From contig JABIGM010000017.1 of assembly GCA_018650165.1 (NCBI GenBank), positions 1 to 55,660 on the forward strand: DNA of 55,660 nucleotides, read 5' to 3'. Of the stretch, positions 10,450 through 20,873 are shown in pieces. The notes below the pieces were generated by a model. It was given only the letters and a program-made list of their open reading frames with translations, was not told where the DNA came from and did no database searches. Source of the DNA: Methanobacteriota archaeon (GTDB taxonomy: Archaea > Thermoplasmatota > Poseidoniia > Poseidoniales > Poseidoniaceae). The number at the start of each line of letters is the position of its first letter. Position 1 is the first letter of the stretch. A program made the position numbers and the translations under genes.

Positions 10450-13400
10450 AACTTTCTGTGGCAACTCCTAAAACAGACTTTCTTCGGCCTAGAACTGTGC
10501 GAAGGGCAATTCTAATTCTAGCAATATTCCTTCTTTCGGGAATCCCAATTACCAATCAATCGGTTCAGTCGCCCGCTGAAGAAAGTACTGACTGGTTAAG
10601 GTTCGACCTGCCTGACGATTCAATCCGAAATCTTGTAGGACAGTTAGAAGATTCTTTATCGATGGAAGAAAGGTCACTATTAGCCCATTCACGTTTAGGT
10701 ATACACGATGCTTCGGGGGTCCTTTTTGAACATGAGATTCCAGAGGAATTACTAACTGTAAGACCGGATTTAGTTTTAGTTTTGATTTCCACAGAATACA
10801 GGTTTTCAGAGGTGAGGGCCACAATCTCTGAGCAAGCAGGAGTAGAGGTTAGAGAGTTTATCGCACCTTCTGGATTGTTAGTACAAGGGACGCAAAATGG
10901 ATTGGCAATGTTGAAGGATATAGGTGGAATTGCTTCAATTCAACCAGTGCCGCTTGCTATGGTGGTAGACTTTTCAGTTATGGAACTCTCTGGAGAAGAG
11001 CCGGTTAGAATTGAGTCTTGGCGGGCTGAGACTTTACTGCCAGGAGTTGACATTTCTGATAATTGGGGGATGAGATTGCATCAAGAAATAGATCATGTGG
11101 CTAATCACATGCTCAGCGACCCAAGTTTAGCAGAAACAGGACGCTATGATGGAATTACTTCTGCATCGATTGCTACGATTGCTGCTGAGCCCTCAGTCTC
11201 ATGGATTGGTCCACAACCCAGCCTTACAATCTGGAATGACCAGGCTCGAAACCATATGAATATCAACGCAATGGAATCGTATTATACAACCGATCTTGAT
11301 GGTTCGGGACAGATTATTGCAGTAGCGGATTCAGGGTTAGATCATGACCACGGTGATTTTGGTAGCCGTATTATCGGAAATGTGGATGTCATTGGTGACG
11401 GCTCTACAGCAGATGCTCATTCGGGCCATGGTACACATGTAGCATGTACCGTGCTTGGTGATGGTTCAAGAGGAACTTATACTGGGATTGCGCCGGGGGC
11501 CGAACTCTATTTTCAAGCAATGGAAAACGATAACAGTGGTAGTTTTCAGTGGTCCAGTATCAATAATATGCTAAACACAGCATACAATAATGGAGCACGA
11601 ATACATTCAAATTCATGGGGCTCAAAATCCTCTTCTGAATGGGGTGTGTATACTTCTTCTTCAGAGGATGTAGATGACCGAACTCGCTATTATGACCAAT
11701 ATTATAGTGGGCGGGAAGGATTGGTTGTTCTCTTTGCAGCAGGTAATGATGGCTCAGACCCAGACACCATCGGTTCTCCTGCAACAGCAAAGAATACCAT
11801 CACGGTTGGAAACTCTCAAAATAGATACCAGGGCTCTCCAAATACAATAATGGATGGTTCTAGTAGAGGGCCAGTAGATGATGGGCGAATAAAACCAGAC
11901 ATACTTGCTCCTGGTGGCTATGTTCGTTCTTGTCGAGCTCAAGAAGCAACAGATACCGGTGGCGCAACCTGGGCCAATACTTGGTACCTTGAATACACTG
12001 GAACTAGTATGGCAACTCCAAATGCAGCAGGTACTGCAGCCTTAATCCGTGAATATATCACAGAAGTTGCTCAACGCCCAGAACCCCAAGGTGCTTTAGT
12101 GAAAGCATTGATGATATTAGGGGCAAGAGACGTAGGTACAAGAGATATTCCAAACATGAATGAAGGCTGGGGACGCATTGACTTGAAAGGAACACTTGCT
12201 CCAAATAATGGGCGAGGAATATGGGTAGATGACCGTTCAGTACTGTCGTCAACAGGTAACTCGAAGAGTTATTTATTCAATATTACAACTCCAAACCAAC
12301 CATTCAAAACGGTAGTAAGTTGGTCGGATGAGCGTGGGTCTAGGTTCTCGAATACGCAATTGGTAAACAATTTGAATTTGCTCGTAACCTCGCCAAGTGG
12401 TGTAGAGTACAAAGGTAACGAATTTTCTCAAGGGCGCTCAATACAGGGCGGTACATACGACACTCTGAATAACGTCGAAGTAGTTCTCGTAGATTCGGCA
12501 GAAATGGGATTATGGACAGTAAAAGTTACTGATGCAGGGCATTCAGGAACCAAGGCACAACCGTTTGCAGTGGCCGTTTCTGGCGTTGGAGTGAATGACT
12601 TACGACCTGACCCTTCTCCAATATTGTCATCCTTTGCGACAGACATTTCGATACCACAAGTTGGCGACGATGTCCTTGTAGAAATGGTAGTCTCAAATTT
12701 AGGAAACGTAGAGGCTGAGAATGTTGATGTGATATTCCAAGAAGAAGGAATATCTATCGATACTCAAATGTTTGACCTAGGACCGGGTGGTTCAAAAACA
12801 CTATTTTGGAATTGGCAACCTCAAACCTCTGGTGGAAGAACTCTCAGTTTCCTAATTGATTCCAGTGATGTTATTGATGAAATAAATGAGGCAAATAATC
12901 GCATGGATATTGTAGTGAATGTTACAACCCCTGGTGTTAGAATCGAATCTACGAATCCAAGTTTCAATCTACTGGATATCAATGCAACAACATCATCTTG
13001 GCAGATAACTCTGACCAATACAGCATTACTTACTACAAATGCATCAATCTCTCCAACAGGAGTTACCAATCCAAGCGGTAATGCTGAATCTTGGTATGTA
13101 GGTCTAGATGCGATAGATTTCGAATTAGAAGGACAAGAAGGGGCTCTAATAAACGTTACACTCGTTCATCCAAAAGGGCCAGACCCGGGGATCTATTTGA
13201 TTAATTTACTTGGCCTTGATGAAGATAATAATGTCAATAGCCCATACACTCTGATACTTGATGTGCCAATTTTGTCACAGACAATGATAGAGTTTTACTA
13301 TACTGTGATTCCGGTTCATCCAAGTGACCCCACTTCTGTTGACATTCACCTTTTCAATAATGGTAACGATGATGTAGGTTACGATTTATTCTTAGAATCT

Positions 13401-14909
13401 CCTCCGGGCTGGCACGCTGGGTTTGATGATTTATCATCTCAAGGTGGGGCCAATTCAGCATCAACCGGTTTGATGCTAGAAGATGGGCAGATGTCTATTG
13501 GAATCACCTTTACTCCACCACAAGTAATGACATTAGCAGGTGCTGAATTGACTGTGGTTCTCAAAGTATTATCACAAAATGAAGAGTCGCGAATGGTAGA
13601 GTACAATTTACCACTTGTTGTAGATGATATCAAGTTGGCTATAATCGACCTCGAAACATCATTTACTTCGATAACTCCAGGAAATACCCTCTCGCTACAG
13701 TATACGGTAGAAAATCGCGGCAATACAGATTTGTTACTGGAGCCTAGGTTACAATTGCCTGCTGGGTGGAGGCAAAACACTCTTCTTGAAGAGATTGATT
13801 TGTCATGGACACAATCCCGGAATCTCATTATTTCAGTAACGGCAGAAAGCAATGCTAAAAGCGGAATAATTTCTTTGATTATGGATTCAACACAAGAATC
13901 TTGGAGCCATACTGTTGATGTCGATGTTGTCGAATTAGCCGAACCTCAGATGACTTTTGCCTCAATTGAAATTGCGGGAGAAACATGGTCCAATATTTTC
14001 GGACCGGGCCAACATCCTACTGGGGTGCCAATTAACTACACATGGGTTATAGAAAATTTAGCAGATACAGTTTGGACTCCAACCGTGTCTTTACAAGTTG
14101 AGAATAATATGCTAGGCGATTGTACCTCTCCGGGTTCAATTTCCAAGGGCGATGTCAAACCTATGACCTGTACAATCATCATTTCAGGTATGGCAGAACC
14201 AGCTAGTGAGCCTCAATTCACAGTCACATTGACTGATAATCAAATTACTACAAATTCTTCTGTGACAATGCTAGTCGCTCTATCAAAAGAAGTAAGTTGG
14301 AAGTTAGATGGCCTTGAAGTACTAACTACAGGCCAATCATCAACAATTCAATTGACCATAACAAATACTGGAAATACTCTTGTCTCAAGTGCAATTGAAG
14401 TAACGGCAACATCGGAGTGGAGTGTTGGGTTTGATGGGCCTGATACAGTTAATTTAGAGGCTGGGCAATCTCAAAAAGTCCGTTTAGAAATAATAGCCGA
14501 ACAACCAGGTAAAGAAACAATCTCACTTTCCCTTTCGGGGGATAATGAAATAGTTGGTTCTGATTTTGAATTTGAGTTGTCTAGCGAAGGCGAAATCGTA
14601 ACCGAGGAAAGCTCAGGTTTAATGATCACAATTAGTTCAATTATTGCAGTACTTCTGTTACTTGCTATTGCAGTGGTTGTATTGAGGAAGAAATCAGCGG
14701 ATTCACTTCCATTATCTGCTCCTAAAGCAGCCGAATTCCAACCCAGCCCTCAACAAGAAAACGCTACACCTTGCTTCTCTTGCCGGCAGCCAATATTGTC
14801 TTGGATGGTCGGTTGCCCCTCTTGTGGAGCCCGTTATCATTCAGTTTGCGAAGTTCCCGAGTGCGTTAATTGTGGTGCGGCACCAACATCTTTCGTAAAT
14901 GTGGAATGA
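10446..14909 (+). CDS. membrane-anchored S8 (subtilisin/KP-43-like) serine protease with CARDB/Ig domains and C-terminal RING-like finger
   Basis: Catalytic triad motifs VADSGLD, HGTHVACT, GTSMATP; oxyanion AAGNDG; CARDB-like region (IDEINEANN); C-terminal TM; C4HC3 finger; GTGA overlap gives GTG start at 10446. Confidence 0.92.
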   Translation: MKLSVATPKTDFLRPRTVRRAILILAIFLLSGIPITNQSVQSPAEESTDWLRFDLPDDSIRNLVGQLEDSLSMEERSLLAHSRLGIHDASGVLFEHEIPEELLTVRPDLVLVLISTEYRFSEVRATISEQAGVEVREFIAPSGLLVQGTQNGLAMLKDIGGIASIQPVPLAMVVDFSVMELSGEEPVRIESWRAETLLPGVDISDNWGMRLHQEIDHVANHMLSDPSLAETGRYDGITSASIATIAAEPSVSWIGPQPSLTIWNDQARNHMNINAMESYYTTDLDGSGQIIAVADSGLDHDHGDFGSRIIGNVDVIGDGSTADAHSGHGTHVACTVLGDGSRGTYTGIAPGAELYFQAMENDNSGSFQWSSINNMLNTAYNNGARIHSNSWGSKSSSEWGVYTSSSEDVDDRTRYYDQYYSGREGLVVLFAAGNDGSDPDTIGSPATAKNTITVGNSQNRYQGSPNTIMDGSSRGPVDDGRIKPDILAPGGYVRSCRAQEATDTGGATWANTWYLEYTGTSMATPNAAGTAALIREYITEVAQRPEPQGALVKALMILGARDVGTRDIPNMNEGWGRIDLKGTLAPNNGRGIWVDDRSVLSSTGNSKSYLFNITTPNQPFKTVVSWSDERGSRFSNTQLVNNLNLLVTSPSGVEYKGNEFSQGRSIQGGTYDTLNNVEVVLVDSAEMGLWTVKVTDAGHSGTKAQPFAVAVSGVGVNDLRPDPSPILSSFATDISIPQVGDDVLVEMVVSNLGNVEAENVDVIFQEEGISIDTQMFDLGPGGSKTLFWNWQPQTSGGRTLSFLIDSSDVIDEINEANNRMDIVVNVTTPGVRIESTNPSFNLLDINATTSSWQITLTNTALLTTNASISPTGVTNPSGNAESWYVGLDAIDFELEGQEGALINVTLVHPKGPDPGIYLINLLGLDEDNNVNSPYTLILDVPILSQTMIEFYYTVIPVHPSDPTSVDIHLFNNGNDDVGYDLFLESPPGWHAGFDDLSSQGGANSASTGLMLEDGQMSIGITFTPPQVMTLAGAELTVVLKVLSQNEESRMVEYNLPLVVDDIKLAIIDLETSFTSITPGNTLSLQYTVENRGNTDLLLEPRLQLPAGWRQNTLLEEIDLSWTQSRNLIISVTAESNAKSGIISLIMDSTQESWSHTVDVDVVELAEPQMTFASIEIAGETWSNIFGPGQHPTGVPINYTWVIENLADTVWTPTVSLQVENNMLGDCTSPGSISKGDVKPMTCTIIISGMAEPASEPQFTVTLTDNQITTNSSVTMLVALSKEVSWKLDGLEVLTTGQSSTIQLTITNTGNTLVSSAIEVTATSEWSVGFDGPDTVNLEAGQSQKVRLEIIAEQPGKETISLSLSGDNEIVGSDFEFELSSEGEIVTEESSGLMITISSIIAVLLLLAIAVVVLRKKSADSLPLSAPKAAEFQPSPQQENATPCFSCRQPILSWMVGCPSCGARYHSVCEVPECVNCGAAPTSFVNVE

Positions 14910-14937
14910 TTGATGAGCATCAGTACATAGCCTTTTC

Positions 14938-17859
14938 ATGGGACGACTGCGACCGGGGTTCATGGAACCTCGCCGAAGAGACACCGCTAAAGGGCAGCGT
15001 CGCGCCAGTATTCTACTGGTTTCACTGCTGTTAATTTCCCTGGTCCCAACTATCACAAACCCCGTTACTGCGGACGATTCAGGCAGGGATGCAAATATCT
15101 CACTTTCAGTAACTCCAAGTTCTCAAACCGTTAACCCCGGCGAGACTGCTGAATACACCGTCAGAGTGTACAACAATGGTGCGAATTCAGTTTCAATAAA
15201 TTTAGCCGCAACCAATGACCAAGACTGTACTGGTTTTTCTGCTGCAATCGGGCAAATAGGCCAACCTATTGAATCGGGTTCATATGAAGAAACATTCCTC
15301 AATGTCAGTCTGGCGCAAAATGCTGAAGATTCTTGCGTAACTACTGTTACCGCTAATGCACAAGAACAGGTTACTCCACCCGACCAACCGGGTGCTCCTG
15401 CACAGGCAGACCAAACGGTTGAGACTACGGCTGGAGATGGAGCAGGCTCTGCTGTTTTTGGCGTTGAACTAACTGTTGACACACCCCACCAAACATGGGA
15501 TGGGGAGACTACAATTGAATGGGACGTTGAGGTAACTAACACCGGTAGAGTCCAAGAAACAATTGACCTAACAATCGATACAGTTGGTGGTTCTGGATGT
15601 ACATCTGATGGCAGCATGACGATTGATGTTGATCCCAGTCAAGTTCAGTTGGACAATGATTCTTCAGAGTGGGTGACTGTTACCGTAGAGGTTCCAGAAG
15701 GGAAAGCTAGTGACAAATATTGTTGGGAAATCGAGGGAGTTGTTTCCAATGACCAAAACCCCAACGGTAGTGCCTCAGATGTCGAAGAATTTGATCTCAA
15801 TGTACCTGAATTGAAAGAGTGTGACCTTTCACTGTCAAAGACTAGCATGGTCATTGAACCGGATGAAAGTGGAACACTTATTGCAACATTCTCTAATCAA
15901 GGAAATGCGGACTGGACACTTAATGTTGGATTTACTGGAAGCCAATCCACTTGGGCTAGTGTTGATGGCGCTTCAAGCGGAACACTCCTTTACGATAACG
16001 GAAACGGCGAAAAAGAATTCACAATCGAAATTACACCAGATGATTCAGTTGAAGCAAACTCGCAGAAAATCATCACAATCCAAGGTAAAGACGGGGGCAT
16101 CGAAAAATGTAACTCAGATGTCTCAGTTACTGTAGGGCAATCACGTGGGGCAACAATGTCTCTGGGTAACACTGCTCTGTACAATGTTGAGCCGGGACAA
16201 ACTACCACTACGACATTAAGTGTGACCAATCAAGGAAACGGCCCTGATACGTTTAGAATTTCAGCATCCGCTCCTCCATCTGGATGGTCGGTAACTCTAG
16301 AGTCATCAACAATCTCAACTCAATCAAAACATAGTAATGAAAAAACAGGTACAATAGAGGTTGATATTTCATTACCGCTAGGTGCATTAGCAACTGAAGA
16401 GGTCACAATTACATTCTCAGTAATGCCGACTTCAAGTGGTGGTGCATATGATACACAAGAGTTGTTGATTGAAGTCAAAGCGGTTCACGGAATGAGCGGA
16501 GGGGCTCCTGCTGATGACCAAACCGGTCGTTCAGATACCACTGTTCAATTCCCAATCATGATTTCAAACGATGGGAACACATTGGACAGATTCCGCTTTT
16601 CAGTAATCGCTCAAACCGCACAGCCGGGATGGGGTAAGCACTTTGAAACCGAAGATGGTACTGTTGTAACCGAGATAGACATCGATGCACGTTCAACGGC
16701 TATAATGTATCTCGTAGTATCTATTGACGGCGAAGAAGAGTTGGAAAGTAGCAAACTGACAGTACGTGTAACCAACCTTGGAGATAACAATAATGGCGAC
16801 GAGGACAATGACGATGTTCCAGATAACCAAATTGAATTTATTTTTAGAGCAATACTTTCAGATAGAGACTTCGCAATGGATGCGGTAATCATGAATTCAC
16901 CTGATTATTTATCTCGCAGTGAATTGCTAATCTTGCCACCTGGTGGCTCCCGATCATTTACTCTAAGATTAAGTAATACGGGTGATATGACAGATGAAGC
17001 CATATTTGATTTTACAGGACTTACTGGGACTGCTACACGTTCGTTAACCTACAGAGGAATGCCAGTCGATGGACCAATTCTCGTTCCAACAGGATGGGGG
17101 GCATTCAATGAAACAACCGGCACTTTCTACTTTGATGGCAATTCTCCGCTAATCGGTTCAACTAATGACTCAGCATTCAACAAAATCGTGGCTAATGGGT
17201 TGGTAGATACACACGTCTCAAGGCCATACTATGCTATTGTGATTCTAACCATCGATGTTAATCCAGGGGCAGAAAATGGTGACGGTGGATTGTTAGAAGT
17301 GGTAGCGACATCAGTCGCTAATGCTGCCAACCGTAGTGGTAAAATTACAATTTCCCTTTCTGTTGAAACAGTCTTAGACGTAGATATCGAATTAGAGGGG
17401 GCGATTGAGAGAGACGTCACCTTAGGAAAGCTAGGTAACAAAGAGACATTCGAGGTAGTGTTGAGTAATTCCGGCAATGTGGAATCGGAATTCAAAATTT
17501 TCTCAAGTGGCGGATTGCGAGGCTGGAAGGTTTCCTTGACGGCACAAAATGGTGCTGATTGTATAAACAATGGAGATCACCTTCTGTGCACATTAGGTGA
17601 GGGGGAGAATCTCATAATTTATGCTAAAGTGACTCCTCCTGGCGGCGAAACTGCTGAAGTCAAAGATTCATTCACATTCACACTATCAGCGGAACCTACA
17701 GAAATAGGACTCGTTGGACGAGAAAACCTTGAATTGACAGTTAATGGGGAGCCGGCAGAATTTGCATTGAATGCATTAATCACTCCAAATGTGTTGATGG
17801 GTATCGGCGCGGTTGTGCTTCTAGGGTTAGCATTCCTCGCATTACGTCGTCGCAACTGA
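14938..17859 (+). CDS. surface protein with tandem Ig-like (NEW3/CARDB-like) repeats and C-terminal anchor
   Basis: Signal peptide; repeated V-x-N-x-G-N-x2-D modules; paired Cys; C-terminal TM plus RRR. True start may be downstream of 14938. Confidence 0.8.
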   Translation: MGRLRPGFMEPRRRDTAKGQRRASILLVSLLLISLVPTITNPVTADDSGRDANISLSVTPSSQTVNPGETAEYTVRVYNNGANSVSINLAATNDQDCTGFSAAIGQIGQPIESGSYEETFLNVSLAQNAEDSCVTTVTANAQEQVTPPDQPGAPAQADQTVETTAGDGAGSAVFGVELTVDTPHQTWDGETTIEWDVEVTNTGRVQETIDLTIDTVGGSGCTSDGSMTIDVDPSQVQLDNDSSEWVTVTVEVPEGKASDKYCWEIEGVVSNDQNPNGSASDVEEFDLNVPELKECDLSLSKTSMVIEPDESGTLIATFSNQGNADWTLNVGFTGSQSTWASVDGASSGTLLYDNGNGEKEFTIEITPDDSVEANSQKIITIQGKDGGIEKCNSDVSVTVGQSRGATMSLGNTALYNVEPGQTTTTTLSVTNQGNGPDTFRISASAPPSGWSVTLESSTISTQSKHSNEKTGTIEVDISLPLGALATEEVTITFSVMPTSSGGAYDTQELLIEVKAVHGMSGGAPADDQTGRSDTTVQFPIMISNDGNTLDRFRFSVIAQTAQPGWGKHFETEDGTVVTEIDIDARSTAIMYLVVSIDGEEELESSKLTVRVTNLGDNNNGDEDNDDVPDNQIEFIFRAILSDRDFAMDAVIMNSPDYLSRSELLILPPGGSRSFTLRLSNTGDMTDEAIFDFTGLTGTATRSLTYRGMPVDGPILVPTGWGAFNETTGTFYFDGNSPLIGSTNDSAFNKIVANGLVDTHVSRPYYAIVILTIDVNPGAENGDGGLLEVVATSVANAANRSGKITISLSVETVLDVDIELEGAIERDVTLGKLGNKETFEVVLSNSGNVESEFKIFSSGGLRGWKVSLTAQNGADCINNGDHLLCTLGEGENLIIYAKVTPPGGETAEVKDSFTFTLSAEPTEIGLVGRENLELTVNGEPAEFALNALITPNVLMGIGAVVLLGLAFLALRRRN

Positions 17860-17978
17860 CCCCTACGGGGTCATGGGCTCAGCAAGGCATTATCTCGCGT
17901 ATGCGTGAGACAACGCTTATGGACGGCAGTCGAGTGGACGTGACAAGAGAGTGTTAGCGCTCTCGGTTGGTGACATAA

Positions 17979-18455
17979 TTGGTTGTGGCAGAAACTGTGA
18001 CGGGCACCTATCTTTCAATGGTCTTGATGACCCTAATTGGCATTGGTATGCCACTAGGCGCTTTCGTCACTCAATACTTCCTAATGCCGAAGGTTGACCC
18101 ATCGCGCCCACACATGACAAAATCATGGCTTATGGAAGGGTATGAGCGTGACCACAGCCTCTACCCACGCCGTCTTTCAACTTACGAATGTGGTTCTGAA
18201 CCAGTTGGAGATGCCATGATACAATTCCATTTCCAATATTATTGGTATGCAATTATCTTCCTAGTATTTGATGTAGCTTTCATGTTTATGGCATTAGGGG
18301 GCCTACTGGCTATGGACGCCACTAAGGGCACACCAGGGGCCGCCTCACCAATCGATTTGGTTGGCTCAGAAATGGTGATACTCACTGTATTCTTTGCAAC
18401 CATGGTATTGGGCGTGTGGCATGTATTCCGCAAGCGAGGTCGCATTTACATCTGA
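17979..18455 (+). CDS. nuoA: NADH-quinone oxidoreductase subunit A
   Basis: TYECG, YYWYAIIFLVFDV motifs; SD GGTGA before TTG. Confidence 0.93.
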   Translation: MVVAETVTGTYLSMVLMTLIGIGMPLGAFVTQYFLMPKVDPSRPHMTKSWLMEGYERDHSLYPRRLSTYECGSEPVGDAMIQFHFQYYWYAIIFLVFDVAFMFMALGGLLAMDATKGTPGAASPIDLVGSEMVILTVFFATMVLGVWHVFRKRGRIYI

Positions 18456-18462
18456 GGTGAAT

Positions 18463-19059
18463 ATGATGAGTGAAACTGGAGATAATTATACTACATTCAA
18501 CAGCCGCGCACTTGTAGAAGTCGTTGGAGATGTGACCGATGAAGCCCTTAAGGCTACCAAAATCAAACAACTCCTCAGCGTATTAGCGGGGCGATTCTTC
18601 AATTGGGCTGGCCGAAAGTCTTTGTTTACCCTGCACCTTGGAATCAAATGCTGCGCGATTGAAATGGCAGCATCTGCGACACCGCGTTTCGATGGAGATC
18701 GCTTCGGGGTACTCTTCCGTTCAAGCCCAAGGCAGTCCGATGTTCTGCTAGTTAATGGGCCGATTTCAAAGAAATTCGCAGACCCTATCGTTAGACTATG
18801 GGAGCAGATGCCTGAGCCAAAGTATTGCATTGCAATGGGCGAATGTGCAATCTCTGGCGGACCATACTATCAATCATACAACATTCTAGAAGGGGTCGAC
18901 ACTGTAATTCCAGTGGACGTTTACATTCCCGGATGCCCACCGCGCCCAGAAGCACTAATCGATGGATTTGGAAAACTTCGTGAAAAGATTATCCGAATCG
19001 GTGGCGCTCCATCTACCGGCCGTGATGGCGAAAAGCCAATTATTGTAGGAGATGACTGA
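18463..19059 (+). CDS. nuoB: NADH-quinone oxidoreductase subunit B
   Basis: CCAIEM, SPRQSD, MGECAISGG, YIPGCPPRPE motifs; SD GAGGTGA. Confidence 0.96.
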   Translation: MMSETGDNYTTFNSRALVEVVGDVTDEALKATKIKQLLSVLAGRFFNWAGRKSLFTLHLGIKCCAIEMAASATPRFDGDRFGVLFRSSPRQSDVLLVNGPISKKFADPIVRLWEQMPEPKYCIAMGECAISGGPYYQSYNILEGVDTVIPVDVYIPGCPPRPEALIDGFGKLREKIIRIGGAPSTGRDGEKPIIVGDD

Positions 19060-19714
19060 AATGGGCACAACTGTCACCAAGGAACAGAATGCAGAGGCTG
19101 CTAAAGCCGCCGCAGATAATCTAAACGCTCGGTTTAGTGATGCAGGAGTTAGTACTGATGTAGTGGCTCACAAGGGCGGAATGAAATACGATTTTGTCAG
19201 AATTACATGTTCTCCAGACCAATGGATTGGAGTAGCCAAGCATTTGAAACACGAATTAGGAGTGAATCACTGTGCAATGGTGACTGGCACACACTATCCT
19301 TCAGGTGATGATGGCAGGGGCTGGGAGGTCGCATACCATATGCATCGTTGGCCAATTACAAACGTTAAGGCGCACACTATGATAGTTCATGAAGGTGAAA
19401 AACTCAAGGGCGACGACATTCCAATGGAATTCGAGATATTCATCCCTCTACCCGCAGGAGATTCTCCATCGGTTCCTTCAATCCAAGACCTTTGGGAAGG
19501 TGCAGATTGGAATGAAAAAGAAACCTGGGATTTAGTCGGAATTGACTTCGAAGGACATGTAAATATGCACCGTGTTCTAAATCCTCACGATTCTCCAGTC
19601 GGATTTCATCCACTACAAAGGCAACACAAAATTCGCTATCACGATTACAATGAAATGTATGATGACCCGCAAGGGTTTGGTAGAAAACCGGTTGATGAGG
19701 GCCGTGTAAAGTGA
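19052..19714 (+). CDS. nuoC: NADH-quinone oxidoreductase subunit C
   Basis: WEGADWNEKETWDLVGIDFEGH...GFHPL motif; position in operon. Confidence 0.92.
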   Translation: MTEMGTTVTKEQNAEAAKAAADNLNARFSDAGVSTDVVAHKGGMKYDFVRITCSPDQWIGVAKHLKHELGVNHCAMVTGTHYPSGDDGRGWEVAYHMHRWPITNVKAHTMIVHEGEKLKGDDIPMEFEIFIPLPAGDSPSVPSIQDLWEGADWNEKETWDLVGIDFEGHVNMHRVLNPHDSPVGFHPLQRQHKIRYHDYNEMYDDPQGFGRKPVDEGRVK

Positions 19715-19723
19715 GGTGTTTTC

Positions 19724-20863
19724 ATGGCAGAAATGTGGATTACAATGGGGCCTCAGCACCCAATGACTCATGGTTTGTGGACTCTACGTGTAAAAGTAGA
19801 CGGGGAAACCGTTACAGATACCGAAGCGGAGCTAGGTTACATACACCGCGGTGTCGAAAAAATATGTGAAGCAAGAGACTTCACACAAATCACTCCATAC
19901 TGTGACCGCCTTTGCTATGTTAGTGCAATGACATGGGCACATTCGTACATAATGGCAGCAGAAGATCTTCTCGAAGCAGAAGTTCCTGAAAGAGCAGAAT
20001 ATATCCGCCTTATGGCCGCTGAAGTTCAGCGCCTTGCTAGCCACTTGATGTGGCTAGGTGCTTTTGGGCCCGATATCGGAAATCTAACTTTGATGACTTG
20101 GTGTCTTCGTGACCGTGAAATGTTCCTCGACTTATTGCAAGAACTCGGAGGTTCCAGAATGCACTATAATTACCCGCGTGTTGGCGGAGTAAAGAGAGAT
20201 ATTCCAATCGGTTGGGCAGACCGTATGAAAGCCAAAGTCAAATTATTCGAAAACCGAATTAATGAATACGAAATGCTTCTCGACGAATCAACAATTTGGC
20301 TAGTTCGACTTCAAGGTGTTGGATATGCAACAGCAGAAGACCAGCTTAATGCTGGAGTCACAGGACCAAATATTCGTGCCGCTGGAGTAAATACAGATGC
20401 ACGATGGACTAACCCCTACTCGGTATACGACCAGGTAGATTGGGAGCCAGCAGTTGAGAAACCAACCAGTGTAAAAGGTGCAGATTGTTACGACCGTTAC
20501 CGAGTTCGTATGGAAGAGATGCGCCAATCATGCCGTATGCTATTGGATGCGATTGAGAAAATCCCAGGCGGTGCAAATACACATTACCAACCCGGTGATG
20601 AAATGATTTTGACAAAGGCGCCAACCCGTGCCCCAGAAGGCGCTACTGGATTCAGTACCTATGAGTGCACACGCGGGGTATCTAATTTCTACATTCAAGG
20701 AGGGGGAGATGGAAGAGGTAAGAACCCATATCGATTATCAATACGCTCTCCTATGTTTATTACAATTCCATATGTGGCCAAGACAATGATTGGTTACAAG
20801 ATAGCAGACATACCTGCAATCATGGGTAGTTTCGACCCATGTATTGGGGAGACTGACCGTTGA
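19724..20863 (+). CDS. nuoD: NADH-quinone oxidoreductase subunit D
   Basis: MGPQHPMTHG, GYIHRGVEK, DRLCY motifs; C-terminal DPCIGETDR. Confidence 0.96.
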   Translation: MAEMWITMGPQHPMTHGLWTLRVKVDGETVTDTEAELGYIHRGVEKICEARDFTQITPYCDRLCYVSAMTWAHSYIMAAEDLLEAEVPERAEYIRLMAAEVQRLASHLMWLGAFGPDIGNLTLMTWCLRDREMFLDLLQELGGSRMHYNYPRVGGVKRDIPIGWADRMKAKVKLFENRINEYEMLLDESTIWLVRLQGVGYATAEDQLNAGVTGPNIRAAGVNTDARWTNPYSVYDQVDWEPAVEKPTSVKGADCYDRYRVRMEEMRQSCRMLLDAIEKIPGGANTHYQPGDEMILTKAPTRAPEGATGFSTYECTRGVSNFYIQGGGDGRGKNPYRLSIRSPMFITIPYVAKTMIGYKIADIPAIMGSFDPCIGETDR

Positions 20864-20873
20864 GGTGATTATC

